Shown here one piece after another: positions 26,574 to 36,678 of a stretch of DNA of 64,000 nucleotides. The stretch covers positions 25,368 through 89,367 of IMG/VR virus record IMGVR_UViG_3300018417_000005; one strand, 5' to 3'. The translations under genes and the position numbers were made by a program. This DNA comes from a virus. Below the pieces are notes generated by a model. It did not search any database and was not told where the DNA came from. It saw only the letters and a program-made list of their open reading frames with translations. Numbering within the stretch: position 1 is the stretch's first letter; every line of letters starts with the position of its first letter.

Positions 26574-28160
26574 ATGGCTAGAGGAACAGCAGATACAAGC
26601 CTGATTAAATCAGGCTATGCTAAAGTTACCTACGACGAACGCACATTAAAAGATTTTAAAAATTGTTGCGACCCAGATAAGGGTGCATTGTATTTTATGG
26701 TTAACCATATGCAAATACAGCATCCTACTAGAGGTGGCATTCCTTTCGAACCTTACGACTATCAACTAGACCTAGTTGAGAATTACAACAATAATAGATT
26801 TAGCATAAACATGTGCGGAAGGCAGTTAGGTAAAACTACTGTAGCCGCAGGATACCTTTTGTGGTACGCAATGTTTAAGCCAGACTCTACTATTCTTGTA
26901 GCGGCACATAAACAAAGTGGTGCTAATGAAATCATGCAACGTATTAGATATGCGTATGAAAGCGCACCAGACCATATACGAGCAGGTGTAACAGAATATA
27001 ACAAAGGCAGTATTTCCTTTGACAACGGTTCCCGTATAGTAAGTACTACAACAACAGAAAACACTGGTCGTGGTATGTCACTTACGTTAGTGTACTTAGA
27101 CGAGTTTGCGTTCGTGCCTAGCAGAATAGCTAAAGAGTTTTGGACTTCGTTGTCTCCTACATTGTCAACAGGTGGTAAGTGTATTGTAACTTCTACACCT
27201 AACAGTGACGATGATACGTTTGCTGTTATTTGGCACGAAGCTAATAAGAAAATAGACGCATACGGAAATCCGAGTGCGCTTGGTCGTAACCAATTTAGTC
27301 CTCTTTTAATTAAGTGGGATGAACATCCTGATAGAGACGACGAGTGGGCTGAAGCAGAGCGTAGTAGAATCGGCGAAGAAAGATTTAGACGTGAACATGA
27401 ATGCGAATTTGTTATCTACGACGAGACACTTATTAGCGCATTGACTTTATTAGAGATGCGAGGCATCGAACCTAAAAACAAAACTCATACACAAATTAGA
27501 TGGTATGATACTCCTAAAGCAGATAATATATACAGCGTTAGCTTAGACCCAGCATCTGGTACAGGCGGCGATAATGCGGCCTTACAGGTAATGGAAGTTA
27601 ATACTATGCGTCAAGTAGGCGAGTGGTGTAATAACACAACCCCTATAGAAGGACAGATAAAAGTAATGATGGAAATCCTAGTCTACTTAAGAGACTGCGG
27701 TTGCCACGAGCTTTACTGGAGTGTAGAAAATAACACTATAGGCGAAGCCGCTTTAGTTGTTATTCGCGACACAGGAGAAGAATCATTCCCAGGTGAATTT
27801 TTACATGAACCTAAAAAAGTTGCAGGGAAGCGCGGACGTAAAGGCTTTGCTACTACGCATAGGTCTAAAATGGAAGCCTGCTTAAACTTTAAACGTTTAG
27901 TTGAACACCAGAAAATTCAGTTAAATAGCAAGCCTCTAATAAGTGAACTTAAAAACTTCATAGCAAGAAACTCAAGTTTTTCAGCTAAGCCAGGAGAAAT
28001 GGACGACTTAGTAATGAGCATGATCTTAAATATACGTATGATTACATTCATCGGAACTTTCGAAGACCATATCTACGACACTGTAAACAGTAGTTTAGGA
28101 TTAGACATATACGGCGACGACGATGACTGGGATGGACCACTACCTATCGGAATTCTGTAG
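26574..28160 (+). CDS. gp17: Terminase large subunit (T4 gp17-like)
   Basis: PYDYQ, GRQLGKTT Walker A, VYLDEFAF Walker B, TSTPN, SLDPASGTGGD and DDLVMS nuclease motifs. Confidence 0.95.
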   Translation: MARGTADTSLIKSGYAKVTYDERTLKDFKNCCDPDKGALYFMVNHMQIQHPTRGGIPFEPYDYQLDLVENYNNNRFSINMCGRQLGKTTVAAGYLLWYAMFKPDSTILVAAHKQSGANEIMQRIRYAYESAPDHIRAGVTEYNKGSISFDNGSRIVSTTTTENTGRGMSLTLVYLDEFAFVPSRIAKEFWTSLSPTLSTGGKCIVTSTPNSDDDTFAVIWHEANKKIDAYGNPSALGRNQFSPLLIKWDEHPDRDDEWAEAERSRIGEERFRREHECEFVIYDETLISALTLLEMRGIEPKNKTHTQIRWYDTPKADNIYSVSLDPASGTGGDNAALQVMEVNTMRQVGEWCNNTTPIEGQIKVMMEILVYLRDCGCHELYWSVENNTIGEAALVVIRDTGEESFPGEFLHEPKKVAGKRGRKGFATTHRSKMEACLNFKRLVEHQKIQLNSKPLISELKNFIARNSSFSAKPGEMDDLVMSMILNIRMITFIGTFEDHIYDTVNSSLGLDIYGDDDDWDGPLPIGIL

Positions 28161-28164
28161 TATT

Positions 28165-28173
28165 TGATAAATA
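28165..28173 (+). promoter_or_regulatory. Late promoter TGATAAATA
   Basis: 5 nt before ATG 28179. Confidence 0.7.
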
Positions 28174-28178
28174 CAATT

Positions 28179-30599
28179 ATGAGTATTAATATCGAATCAG
28201 TCGCAGAGAAAATTTTTAACATCTTAAAGGGATTTGGATATCCAGTCAATAGCTACGGTGATGATGGCAAGATAGCCGTTGATCCGTCACAAGCAACAAG
28301 ATTTGTAGTAAACAAGCCCAACCTTCTTGTTAGGATTGACAGAGAAACTGACACTATAAGCCTAAGCACTAGCGAAAAGCAAAGTGACACTAAGCTACAT
28401 AAAATGTTAAAAAACTTAAGTCAAGAATATTTAATGAACTTTGACTTTAGAATCTTCGGAAAAACACTAAAGCCTAAAGGCGAGACTGTTGATATAGCTA
28501 AAAAACAGGACCCAGATATGATGGAAGACATTAACAGAATACGAAAACTAGCAGGCCTAGCTGAAAGCTGGGACGACTACGAAGATTTAGAAACTGATCC
28601 AATGGATCCACCAGTTAACATGTGCCCAGACTGTGAAGGCACCGGTACTGATACAGCAGGCGAGACTTGCCAATCATGTGGCGGGGAAGGCGCCATACAC
28701 GAAGGTACACTAAACACTATCGGACGCAAGATGGGCATTTCTTCTACTAAAGGAAAACCAGATCCGAGGAAAGCCCCGACGTGGGCAACTGCTATAGGCC
28801 AAGTGCCGAGCGGCGCCTGGCACTGGCTTGAAAAAGAAGGTCCAGTAGAAACAGACGATTCTAACGAGTACTTTCCTCTAAGTGGCAAAACTGAATTTAC
28901 AGGATTCATAAGTCCATTTGAAGGCGATCCCGAAACACTATCTGATTTTGCCCGAGCAGATTATAACTCAGAGGAAAGCCAAATGAATGAATTCAGAGAC
29001 GATTCCGACGACGATGATTTTGAAAGAGGACAACAACTCGAACAAATTATACAAAAAGTATTCAGAGCGGCAAAGAAAACTATACCGCTAAGATCAGTAA
29101 AAGGGAAAAGAACAGGCTCAGCAGTAACAGAAAAGATTTTTAAAATGCTACGTCAGGCTATAGACGCAGACATGGCTCGCTGGGTATTAGAAAAACATCC
29201 AGACATGGGCACTGATCTATCAGGAAACGTTGACACTGAATCTGCCCCGGAAGACTTAGTGGCAGATGAGCTGTCAGATTTCATATATCAAATGTTAAGA
29301 AAAGATCACGGATTACCAAATGGGCTTGAGGAAAATCAAATAGACGAAGAAACTTTAAACGAGATCGCTGGCACTTTGGCCGGACTGGGCGCAGGAGCAA
29401 TTGCAGCCGCCCTTAAGAAATACGGTAAATCAAAAAGATCAGCCGCGCAACGTACAGTTGATACTTATTATTCGAATAAAAACCGTGACGAGGAAGGCGC
29501 CGAGATAGCTGATAAATTTGCTAGGAATAATCGCGGTAACTACCAAGCTAGCAAGAGAGCAGTTAACAAAGTTAAACGTCCAGAAACTAAAAAGAGACAC
29601 CAGGACGTTATTGATCAGCAGAACCGTGCTTATAAATATTACGACGACAATCAAAAGAAATCTTATATCAAACAATTATCTCCATCAGAAAGCCTAGGAG
29701 AAGGATTCGGTAGCATGACCGGAAGTAGTAAAACAAGCTACCAACCACTTGACAATGTAAAAATTGTTGTTAAACATAAGAAGCCGGTAGCTGAAGATGT
29801 ACGTGGAGCGCGTAGCAGAAACATCCATAGTATCTTTATCCAACGTGGCGAAGAAAGATTTAAAATGGCAGAGAATAGCTTGCCAGCGGCACGAGCAGTT
29901 GCACGTCATATTAGTAAAGGTGGCGAGATGCACGACGAAATAAGCGAGCAAATTATAAACATGGCAAGCGACTATGAGAAGCTACGCGAATTTGTACGCT
30001 ATGTAAAATCGAGTAATTTAGTAAACGAATCCAACGAAGATTACGTACAGCTAGCAGTCGAAAACATTAAGAATATTCGAGAAACATTTAAGAAACTTAG
30101 TGGTGCTAAATCCTACGAGAAAACAGTAGAAAGTTTGGTACAAACCGCCAGCGCAGAATTGCTCGAAGATGACGTAGACTTAGAAAGCAAGTTTACTGAA
30201 ACACATTTTGATAGCAAAGTAGAAAACGTACTAGGCACACTTAAAACGTTAAGTTACAAAAAGAAGGCATACGAAGCGGCAATTACTAAAGCTGTTAAAA
30301 CTGAAACATTCGAAAATCTAAAAGATATGCTACATGAAGCTGATGTTTTAGATTTCCAAACCCCACAAGCTAGGTTAGGTTACCAAATTAACCAACTAGG
30401 TCATAGCGCAACTAACCCTGAACTAGGACAGTTCTTACAGGGATTAAGCAAAAGGGTAACTGAAGGCGGATCTTTAAACCAATTTGAGTACGGAACTGTA
30501 AAAAGTTGCTTATTGAGCGCAAACACAGTACCACAAGCACCAGCTACTGGAGATGACATATCCGAAAGCTATGTTAGCTTTTTTAACCAGTTTGACTAG
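28179..30599 (+). CDS. Large modular hypothetical (probable head-associated) protein
   Basis: About 806 aa; IRKLAGL motif, CxxCxGxG Zn finger, modules separated by x-x-E sites. Confidence 0.6.
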   Translation: MSINIESVAEKIFNILKGFGYPVNSYGDDGKIAVDPSQATRFVVNKPNLLVRIDRETDTISLSTSEKQSDTKLHKMLKNLSQEYLMNFDFRIFGKTLKPKGETVDIAKKQDPDMMEDINRIRKLAGLAESWDDYEDLETDPMDPPVNMCPDCEGTGTDTAGETCQSCGGEGAIHEGTLNTIGRKMGISSTKGKPDPRKAPTWATAIGQVPSGAWHWLEKEGPVETDDSNEYFPLSGKTEFTGFISPFEGDPETLSDFARADYNSEESQMNEFRDDSDDDDFERGQQLEQIIQKVFRAAKKTIPLRSVKGKRTGSAVTEKIFKMLRQAIDADMARWVLEKHPDMGTDLSGNVDTESAPEDLVADELSDFIYQMLRKDHGLPNGLEENQIDEETLNEIAGTLAGLGAGAIAAALKKYGKSKRSAAQRTVDTYYSNKNRDEEGAEIADKFARNNRGNYQASKRAVNKVKRPETKKRHQDVIDQQNRAYKYYDDNQKKSYIKQLSPSESLGEGFGSMTGSSKTSYQPLDNVKIVVKHKKPVAEDVRGARSRNIHSIFIQRGEERFKMAENSLPAARAVARHISKGGEMHDEISEQIINMASDYEKLREFVRYVKSSNLVNESNEDYVQLAVENIKNIRETFKKLSGAKSYEKTVESLVQTASAELLEDDVDLESKFTETHFDSKVENVLGTLKTLSYKKKAYEAAITKAVKTETFENLKDMLHEADVLDFQTPQARLGYQINQLGHSATNPELGQFLQGLSKRVTEGGSLNQFEYGTVKSCLLSANTVPQAPATGDDISESYVSFFNQFD

Positions 30600-30615
30600 T
30601 AAAAACGCAGTAAAA

Positions 30616-30624
30616 AGATAAATA
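30616..30624 (+). promoter_or_regulatory. Late promoter AGATAAATA
   Basis: Intergenic, upstream of gp32. Confidence 0.5.
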
Positions 30625-30667
30625 AAATTGTTAGAAATGTTAGCTGTTAATTAATTTAAATTAGCAG

Positions 30668-30695
30668 TTGACAAATCTATCTTAGGCACTATAAT
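30668..30695 (+). promoter_or_regulatory. Sigma70-type promoter
   Basis: TTGACA-16 nt-TATAAT. Confidence 0.8.
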
Positions 30696-30773
30696 AAGGC
30701 ACAGTAAGAATTGTTTTATAAAACAAAGGCTTACAAACAAGGCACATATGGCATAATAATAAGGAGAATCATC

Positions 30774-31802
30774 ATGGCCCAATCACAATTAGAAGCAATG
30801 CGAGCAAAGCTCAAAGCAATGGAATCAAAAGGTTCCGACTCTAGCAGTAACACCCCATCCGATAACGCAATTTACCCATTCTGGAACATTGACGAAGGTA
30901 CATCAGCTACCATGCGTTTCTTACCAGACGGTGATGAAAACAACACATTTTTCTGGGTAGAACGAAATATGATTCGTTTGACCTTCCCCGGCGTAAAAGG
31001 CGGAGAACAGAATAAAATGGTAACTGTACAAGTACCTTGCATGGAAATGTGGGGAGAAACTTGCCCAGTACTAACAGAAGTACGCCCTTGGTTTAAAGAC
31101 CCTAGCTTAGAAGATATGGGTCGCAAATACTGGAAGAAACGTTCTTATATTTTCCAAGGATTTGTAACTGAAAACCCTCTGAGCGAAACTGCTCCAGAAA
31201 ATCCAATTAGACGTTTTGTTATAGGTCCACAGATCTTTAACATTATTAAAGGTGCGCTAATGGATGCAGATATGGAAAATCTCCCAACTGATTATCTAAA
31301 CGGTTGCGACTTTAAACTAGTGAAAACTACTAAAGGCCAGTACGCAGATTACAGCACAAGCAAATGGGCACGTAAAGAGAGTAGCATTAACGAAGAACAG
31401 TTACAGGCAATTGATACCTTTGGGTTAAACAATCTTAACGACTACTTACCAGCAAAACCAACAGCAGAAGGCCTACAAGCTATCTCTGAAATGTTTGCGG
31501 CTAGTGTAGACGGCGAGTTGTATGATCCAGCTAAATGGGGTCAGTTTTATAAGCCTTACGGTGTTGATGTTCCTAAAACTCAAACCCAAACTACTGCGCC
31601 AGCGCAGAGTGAAACTGCTCAAGCACCTGCTACCCCAACGCCAACCCCGACTGCTGATGCTAGTACAGCCGCGCCAGCACCGACAACTGTAGCTGAAACT
31701 ACTACAAGCGATGAACCGTTTGAAGCAGATCCAGCACCAGCAGGAGAGCAGAAGTCAGCCGCTGACATCCTGAGCATGATTCGCAATCGCGAAAACGGTT
31801 AA
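30774..31802 (+). CDS. gp32: Single-stranded DNA-binding protein (T4 gp32-like)
   Basis: MRFLPD, C...WGETCPV, YWKKRSY, DF.L.KT.KG.YADY..S.W motifs; AAGGAG SD before ATG 30774. Confidence 0.85.
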   Translation: MAQSQLEAMRAKLKAMESKGSDSSSNTPSDNAIYPFWNIDEGTSATMRFLPDGDENNTFFWVERNMIRLTFPGVKGGEQNKMVTVQVPCMEMWGETCPVLTEVRPWFKDPSLEDMGRKYWKKRSYIFQGFVTENPLSETAPENPIRRFVIGPQIFNIIKGALMDADMENLPTDYLNGCDFKLVKTTKGQYADYSTSKWARKESSINEEQLQAIDTFGLNNLNDYLPAKPTAEGLQAISEMFAASVDGELYDPAKWGQFYKPYGVDVPKTQTQTTAPAQSETAQAPATPTPTPTADASTAAPAPTTVAETTTSDEPFEADPAPAGEQKSAADILSMIRNRENG

Positions 31803-31812
31803 GGAGTAAGTA

Positions 31813-32958
31813 ATGCAGAAACCATTTGACTTATCGAAATTCCGTAATGGGATTACAAAAAGTATTACAGGCATAAGTGCAGGCTTCCATGATCCGAAAG
31901 ACTGGGTTAGCACAGGAAACTATACACTCAATTATCGTATTAGCGGGGATTTCACAAAAGGAATTCCTCTTGGTAAGGTAAGTGTTTTTGCAGGCGAGTC
32001 CGGTTCAGGTAAATCTTTTATCTGTTCCGGCAACATCGTTAAGAACGCACAAGACATCGGGTGTCAAGTTGTACTGTTTGACAGTGAAAACGCACTAGAC
32101 GAAGATTGGCTTAAGGCACTCGACGTTGACACAAATCCTGACAAGTTGTTAAAGATTAGTGTTAGCATGATTGACGACGTTGCGAAAACAATGAGCGACT
32201 TCATGAAGGATTATAAAACAAACTACGGCGATTTAGATTACGAAGACATGCCAAAAATGTTATTTGTAATTGATAGCTTAGGTATGCTTTTAACTCCCAC
32301 TGATGTTGCACAGTTTGAAAAAGGTGATATGAAGGGCGATATGGGTCGTAAACCTAAAGCACTAACATCACTAGTTCGTAACATGGTAAATCAATTAGCA
32401 CCTTACCCTGTTGGCATCGTAGCAACAAACCACACTTACGCATCACAAGACATGTTTGACCCCGATGATAAAATCAGTGGCGGACAAGGCTTTATATATG
32501 CGTCAAGTATTGTTGTAGCAATGCGAAAACTTAAGCTAAAACTAGACGCTGACGGCAACAAAACAACAACTGTACAAGGTATTAGGGCGGCATGTAAAGT
32601 GATGAAAACACGTTACAGCAAACCTTTTGAATCTGTGCAAGTTGAGATTCCGTATGAATCTGGAATGAGCCCTTACAGTGGATTGCTAGATATGTTTGAA
32701 GCTATCGGCGCTATTACTAAGACTGGTAACAAGTTAGAATACGTTAGCCCAGTTACAGGCGAAATCATCAAAGAGTTCCGAAAGGCCTGGACAGATGAAA
32801 AGCTACAAGTAGTAATCGACGAATGGGATCAAAATCCTATTGCTCACCCAGAGTTGCAGGATGTCGACGCTGAAGATATTAGCGAAGTTGAAGTTGACGA
32901 TATTGATGTAGATGATGTTGTTGATCAGATGATGGAGGCTGAGACTAATGAATCTTGA
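31813..32958 (+). CDS. uvsX: RecA-like recombinase UvsX
   Basis: AGESGSGKS Walker A, FDSENA, VIDSLGML, TNHTY, SGGQG motifs. Confidence 0.9.
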   Translation: MQKPFDLSKFRNGITKSITGISAGFHDPKDWVSTGNYTLNYRISGDFTKGIPLGKVSVFAGESGSGKSFICSGNIVKNAQDIGCQVVLFDSENALDEDWLKALDVDTNPDKLLKISVSMIDDVAKTMSDFMKDYKTNYGDLDYEDMPKMLFVIDSLGMLLTPTDVAQFEKGDMKGDMGRKPKALTSLVRNMVNQLAPYPVGIVATNHTYASQDMFDPDDKISGGQGFIYASSIVVAMRKLKLKLDADGNKTTTVQGIRAACKVMKTRYSKPFESVQVEIPYESGMSPYSGLLDMFEAIGAITKTGNKLEYVSPVTGEIIKEFRKAWTDEKLQVVIDEWDQNPIAHPELQDVDAEDISEVEVDDIDVDDVVDQMMEAETNES

Positions 32959-33181
32959 TGAATCTTTTTTACATGATTTATGGGATAGTCTAAAGCCGTT
33001 TGTATCGAAAAAAGAACGCATCGCTGCCGCGGAAGCGGTAGTGAGAGCGTTTGACGACTATGCAGACTTAAGTGCCATAGAAGATCATATCGACGAATTC
33101 GATAGCGTTATGAAAGCGGCGCTATACAGCCACTTTGAAATTGTTCCCGAAGAAGAAGAAGAGGAAGATGACTGGCCATGA
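32948..33181 (+). CDS. Hypothetical protein
   Basis: 77-aa acidic ORF coupled between uvsX and uvsY. Confidence 0.6.
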   Translation: MNLDESFLHDLWDSLKPFVSKKERIAAAEAVVRAFDDYADLSAIEDHIDEFDSVMKAALYSHFEIVPEEEEEEDDWP

Positions 33182-33639
33182 GTACTTGGTATAATACAGT
33201 AGTTAGCGATTTAGGTAGGATAGCTGATGCTATTCCTTATTTCGAGAACGAACTAAAAGATGCGAAGTTTGAATGTTCCATAAAAGGAAGCCTAGAGAAA
33301 TCTAGTGCTTCCTTACCTGGAGTAACCGAGCACAGATACAACCAACTTCAGGAAGTCGAAGCAATTTTAGAACATATCGAGATTATGTTACGGCAAGAAC
33401 GTAGCAAGGTGTTTAGAAAATATCTAGAACACTATAATCGCCAGCTCTCTAGCAGAGATGCAGAAAAGTATGTAGACGGTGAACAATCAGTAATCGACCT
33501 TACACATTTATTAAATCAATTTGCTCTACTTAGAAATAAGTTTCTAGGTATCTTAAAAGGCTTAGAAGTCAAGCAATGGCAAATCGGCCATATTGTGCGT
33601 TTACGTACAGCCGGTATGGAAGATATTGTAATCGATTAA
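33178..33639 (+). CDS. uvsY: Recombination mediator UvsY-like
   Basis: Helical; YLEHYNRQLSSRDAEKYVDGE, KQWQI...LR.AG; lies between uvsX and uvsW. Confidence 0.7.
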   Translation: MSTWYNTVVSDLGRIADAIPYFENELKDAKFECSIKGSLEKSSASLPGVTEHRYNQLQEVEAILEHIEIMLRQERSKVFRKYLEHYNRQLSSRDAEKYVDGEQSVIDLTHLLNQFALLRNKFLGILKGLEVKQWQIGHIVRLRTAGMEDIVID

Positions 33640-33658
33640 TTGCGCCCGCAATTAGCAG

Positions 33659-33686
33659 TTGACTTATACACTAACCTGTGTATAAT
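33659..33686 (+). promoter_or_regulatory. Sigma70-type promoter
   Basis: TTGACT-16 nt-TATAAT. Confidence 0.75.
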
Positions 33687-33713
33687 TACATATAATAATA
33701 ATAAGAATAACCT

Positions 33714-35171
33714 ATGCGAAAGACTACCTTAGAAATCCGCGACGAAGTAAATGTTAAATTCGTTGGCCTGGATGTAACTACAAGAAGAAAAATATCCGAC
33801 GCGGCAAAATACTTTTTGCCATACGCATATCATATGCCCGCGTACAAATTAGGCAGATGGGATGGCTGTGTAAGATTTTGCGATATAGGCGGCAGAACCT
33901 ATATCAATTTATTAGAAAAACTTTTGCCTGTTGTAGCCGATGCTGGTTATGAAATCGAAATACAGGATAAGAGGCAGAACTGGAATTTTGAATTCCCTCT
34001 AATAACCGAAGAAGAATTTAAAGATATCGCCTGGCCAAAAGGACATACAGCAGAAGGCGAGCCAATCATATTAAGAGATTATCAAGTAGAGATAATCAAC
34101 CGCTTTTTAGACAATCCTCAATGTTTACAAGAAATAGCAACGGGCGCGGGCAAAACACTTATTACAGCCGCACTTAGTAAAATGGCTGAAAGGTACGGAC
34201 GCACGATTGTTATTGTTCCCAATAAAGACTTAGTTGTACAAACAGAAAAAGACTACATAAACTTAGGTTTAGACGTAGGTGTTTTGTTTGGTGACAGAAA
34301 AGAATACACAAAGACGCACACGATTTGTACTTGGCAGAGCTTAAGTGTTTTAGAAAAGAAAACTAAAGCAGGAGATGCTCCTATTGATGTAAATGAATTT
34401 TTAGAAGACGTAGTTTGTGTAATGGTAGACGAGGTACACAAGGCTAAAGCAGATGTATTGCGCGACTTATTAGCAGGTGTCTTTGCTAACGTACCTATAC
34501 GTTGGGGATTAACAGGTACAATTCCGAAAGACGAGCACGAAGCAGTTGCTTGTACATGTTGTATTGGACCTGTTATAGGAAATCTAAGCAGTAAAGAATT
34601 ACAAGATATGGGAGTGCTAGCTGATTTGGATATCGAAATGATACAGCTACAAGACGGTCCGATGGGATTTACTGGATACGCACAAGAACTAAAATGGTTG
34701 GTAACAGATCCTAAACGAGTAGAAGAAATTGGCAAAATGATTAACGGATTAAATGTAAACGGCAATACGCTAGTTCTAGTAGATAGACTTGCTACAGGCG
34801 AACTGTTAATTGAAAATAATCCAGACTGGGTGTTTGTTAGCGGAAGCATGAAGCAAACTTCTAGACAAAAAGAATACGATGATATTAGCGAAATGAACAA
34901 TAAAACAATTGTTGCTACATATGGTGTTGCGGCAGTTGGATTGAACATTCCGAGAATTTTTAACCTGGTATTATTAGAGCCAGGCAAAAGTTTTGTTCGT
35001 GTAATACAAAGCATCGGGCGAGGTGTGCGTAAAGCATCGGACAAAGATTACTTGCGCGTAATTGACCTTACTAGTAACTTAAAATACAGTAAGAAACACG
35101 CAACAGTAAGAAAGAAATATTATACGGAACAGCAGTTTAGATATAATATAACAAAAGTGGAGTATAAATGA
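33714..35171 (+). CDS. uvsW: SF2 DNA helicase UvsW
   Basis: LRDYQ, ATGAGKT, DEVH, GLTGT, QSIGRGVR motifs; N-terminal WDG. Confidence 0.9.
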   Translation: MRKTTLEIRDEVNVKFVGLDVTTRRKISDAAKYFLPYAYHMPAYKLGRWDGCVRFCDIGGRTYINLLEKLLPVVADAGYEIEIQDKRQNWNFEFPLITEEEFKDIAWPKGHTAEGEPIILRDYQVEIINRFLDNPQCLQEIATGAGKTLITAALSKMAERYGRTIVIVPNKDLVVQTEKDYINLGLDVGVLFGDRKEYTKTHTICTWQSLSVLEKKTKAGDAPIDVNEFLEDVVCVMVDEVHKAKADVLRDLLAGVFANVPIRWGLTGTIPKDEHEAVACTCCIGPVIGNLSSKELQDMGVLADLDIEMIQLQDGPMGFTGYAQELKWLVTDPKRVEEIGKMINGLNVNGNTLVLVDRLATGELLIENNPDWVFVSGSMKQTSRQKEYDDISEMNNKTIVATYGVAAVGLNIPRIFNLVLLEPGKSFVRVIQSIGRGVRKASDKDYLRVIDLTSNLKYSKKHATVRKKYYTEQQFRYNITKVEYK

Positions 35172-35665
35172 AAATTTTAACAGTAGAAAACGAAGTATAC
35201 GATCTAGATTCAGTTCCGGACGAAATTGATGATATTAGATATTGTGTGTTTGATGCTAGCGACCCCGATTATATGGACTATTACTTTCTTCCTTTAATAT
35301 TTTTAGAAAGTTTTTACGCGCCAGCTATATGCTTAACAATCGGAAATTACGATATAAAAATGCCAATGGACTGGAGCATTGTTATTACAGACGAAGACAT
35401 GGGTGGCATAGAACTAATTCCGTTAGCAAGTCTAAATAACAGAGGTTTTGTAGCGCCAGTGTTTAACCCATTAAGAAATTCAATTCCTGTAGCGGCAGAG
35501 ATACACATTACAAATATTTACAAAGATGTAAAGTGGTATTTTCCTAAATTAAAAAACGGGCATGTATTAACCATACCATTAGAAGACGGACCTGAACCTA
35601 AATGCGCTTTATTTGTAAAAGAAGCGAACAAAGTAAAAACTATAGAGTTTGGCGATTTGTTATGA
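35168..35665 (+). CDS. Hypothetical phage protein
   Basis: 165-aa ORF coupled to uvsW. Confidence 0.65.
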   Translation: MKILTVENEVYDLDSVPDEIDDIRYCVFDASDPDYMDYYFLPLIFLESFYAPAICLTIGNYDIKMPMDWSIVITDEDMGGIELIPLASLNNRGFVAPVFNPLRNSIPVAAEIHITNIYKDVKWYFPKLKNGHVLTIPLEDGPEPKCALFVKEANKVKTIEFGDLL

Positions 35666-36126
35666 CAACAATTCTAGTTTGCGGCCTTCCTGGCTCCGGT
35701 AAAACAACTTTATCAGAAGAATTACTATACGTATTAGGTAATGCGGCTGACTGGTATAATGCTGATAAAATAAGAGAACAATTTAACGATTGGGATTTTA
35801 GCGATACCGGACGTAAACGGCAAATGGAAAGAATGAAATCGCTATGTCAAAATAGTATACAACGAGACAGGATTGCCATAGCCGACTTCGTGTGCCCAAC
35901 AAAAGAATTACGAGACGAGTTTAACGCAGATTTTGTAATATGGATGGACACAATCGATGAAGGCAGGTTTGAAGATACAAACAAGATTTTTGAAAGTCTT
36001 GACGTAACAGATTACAATGCTATAATAACAGAGCATGAATGGTGGACTGAATTATACACTAAGCAATGGGCACAAGAAATTGTGAGGAGGTTACGTGGCG
36101 AAGAAAGCACCCGCAATTCCGCTTAA
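35662..36126 (+). CDS. Adenylylsulfate kinase-like P-loop kinase (CysC-like)
   Basis: GLPGSGKTT, NADKIR, DWDFSDTGRKRQ, ADFVCP...R motifs; ATGA overlap at the start. Confidence 0.7.
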   Translation: MTTILVCGLPGSGKTTLSEELLYVLGNAADWYNADKIREQFNDWDFSDTGRKRQMERMKSLCQNSIQRDRIAIADFVCPTKELRDEFNADFVIWMDTIDEGRFEDTNKIFESLDVTDYNAIITEHEWWTELYTKQWAQEIVRRLRGEESTRNSA

Positions 36127-36562
36127 AGAAGTAATGGCCGCGATAGACAAGAAAGACAGAGGTTTCTACAATCGCTTAACCGACGAGCAAAAGAAGGCAT
36201 TTAGTGCCTGGATGATGATGCGCTATACTAGTAGCGTACAGGGTAAAAATTCAGCTTACTACATTTATATGACTAATGAATTAGTAAACAGAGATTTTAG
36301 TGATATAAGCAAACATCCAGAACTACAGTGGCTTTTATTAAGTGCTTGTGGGTCAGGCAAAGTAGAATACCATCCGTATTTAAAACCACCTAATGCGCGT
36401 AAAAAGAAAGATAAAGTTTCAGAATTCTTATCAAACATTTATCCGCTATTAAAGGATGACGAAATAGCATTGATTATAAAATTGAACACAACAGACGAAC
36501 TCAAAGAATTCGCTAAAACCCACGGTTACGAAGATAAAGAAATAAAAGAGATCTTTAAATGA
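36095..36562 (+). CDS. Clamp-loader small subunit-like (T4 gp62-like)
   Basis: FSAWMMMRY.S, N..VN, HPELQW.LL, H.Y.K pattern; replication cluster context. Confidence 0.5.
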   Translation: MAKKAPAIPLKEVMAAIDKKDRGFYNRLTDEQKKAFSAWMMMRYTSSVQGKNSAYYIYMTNELVNRDFSDISKHPELQWLLLSACGSGKVEYHPYLKPPNARKKKDKVSEFLSNIYPLLKDDEIALIIKLNTTDELKEFAKTHGYEDKEIKEIFK

Positions 36563-36678
36563 AAGACCAATATGGAAATATAATAAGTGCGTATGTTCCT
36601 AGAAAGATAAAACCGGCCAAACAGCGCAAGCCACGAAATCCTAAAAGTAATCCATACGACGCGAGCGGCAGACGATGA
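36559..36678 (+). CDS. Small basic ORF (39 aa)
   Basis: MKDQYGNIISAYVPRKIKPAKQRKPRNPKSNPYDASGRR; ATGA overlaps at both ends fill the gap. Confidence 0.45.
   Translation: MKDQYGNIISAYVPRKIKPAKQRKPRNPKSNPYDASGRR

Noticed and set aside
28164-28178. ORF-track starts reading M-I-N-T/S (28164, 40332) and other upstream extensions (22661, 30711, 41194)
   Set aside because: They arise from the TGATAAATA promoter or promoter-proximal sequence; downstream ATGs fit better
34253-35044. 263-aa antisense ORF inside uvsW, and similar shadow ORFs such as 50938..51693
   Set aside because: Antisense to well-supported genes, with no SD, promoter or motifs; expected from codon bias
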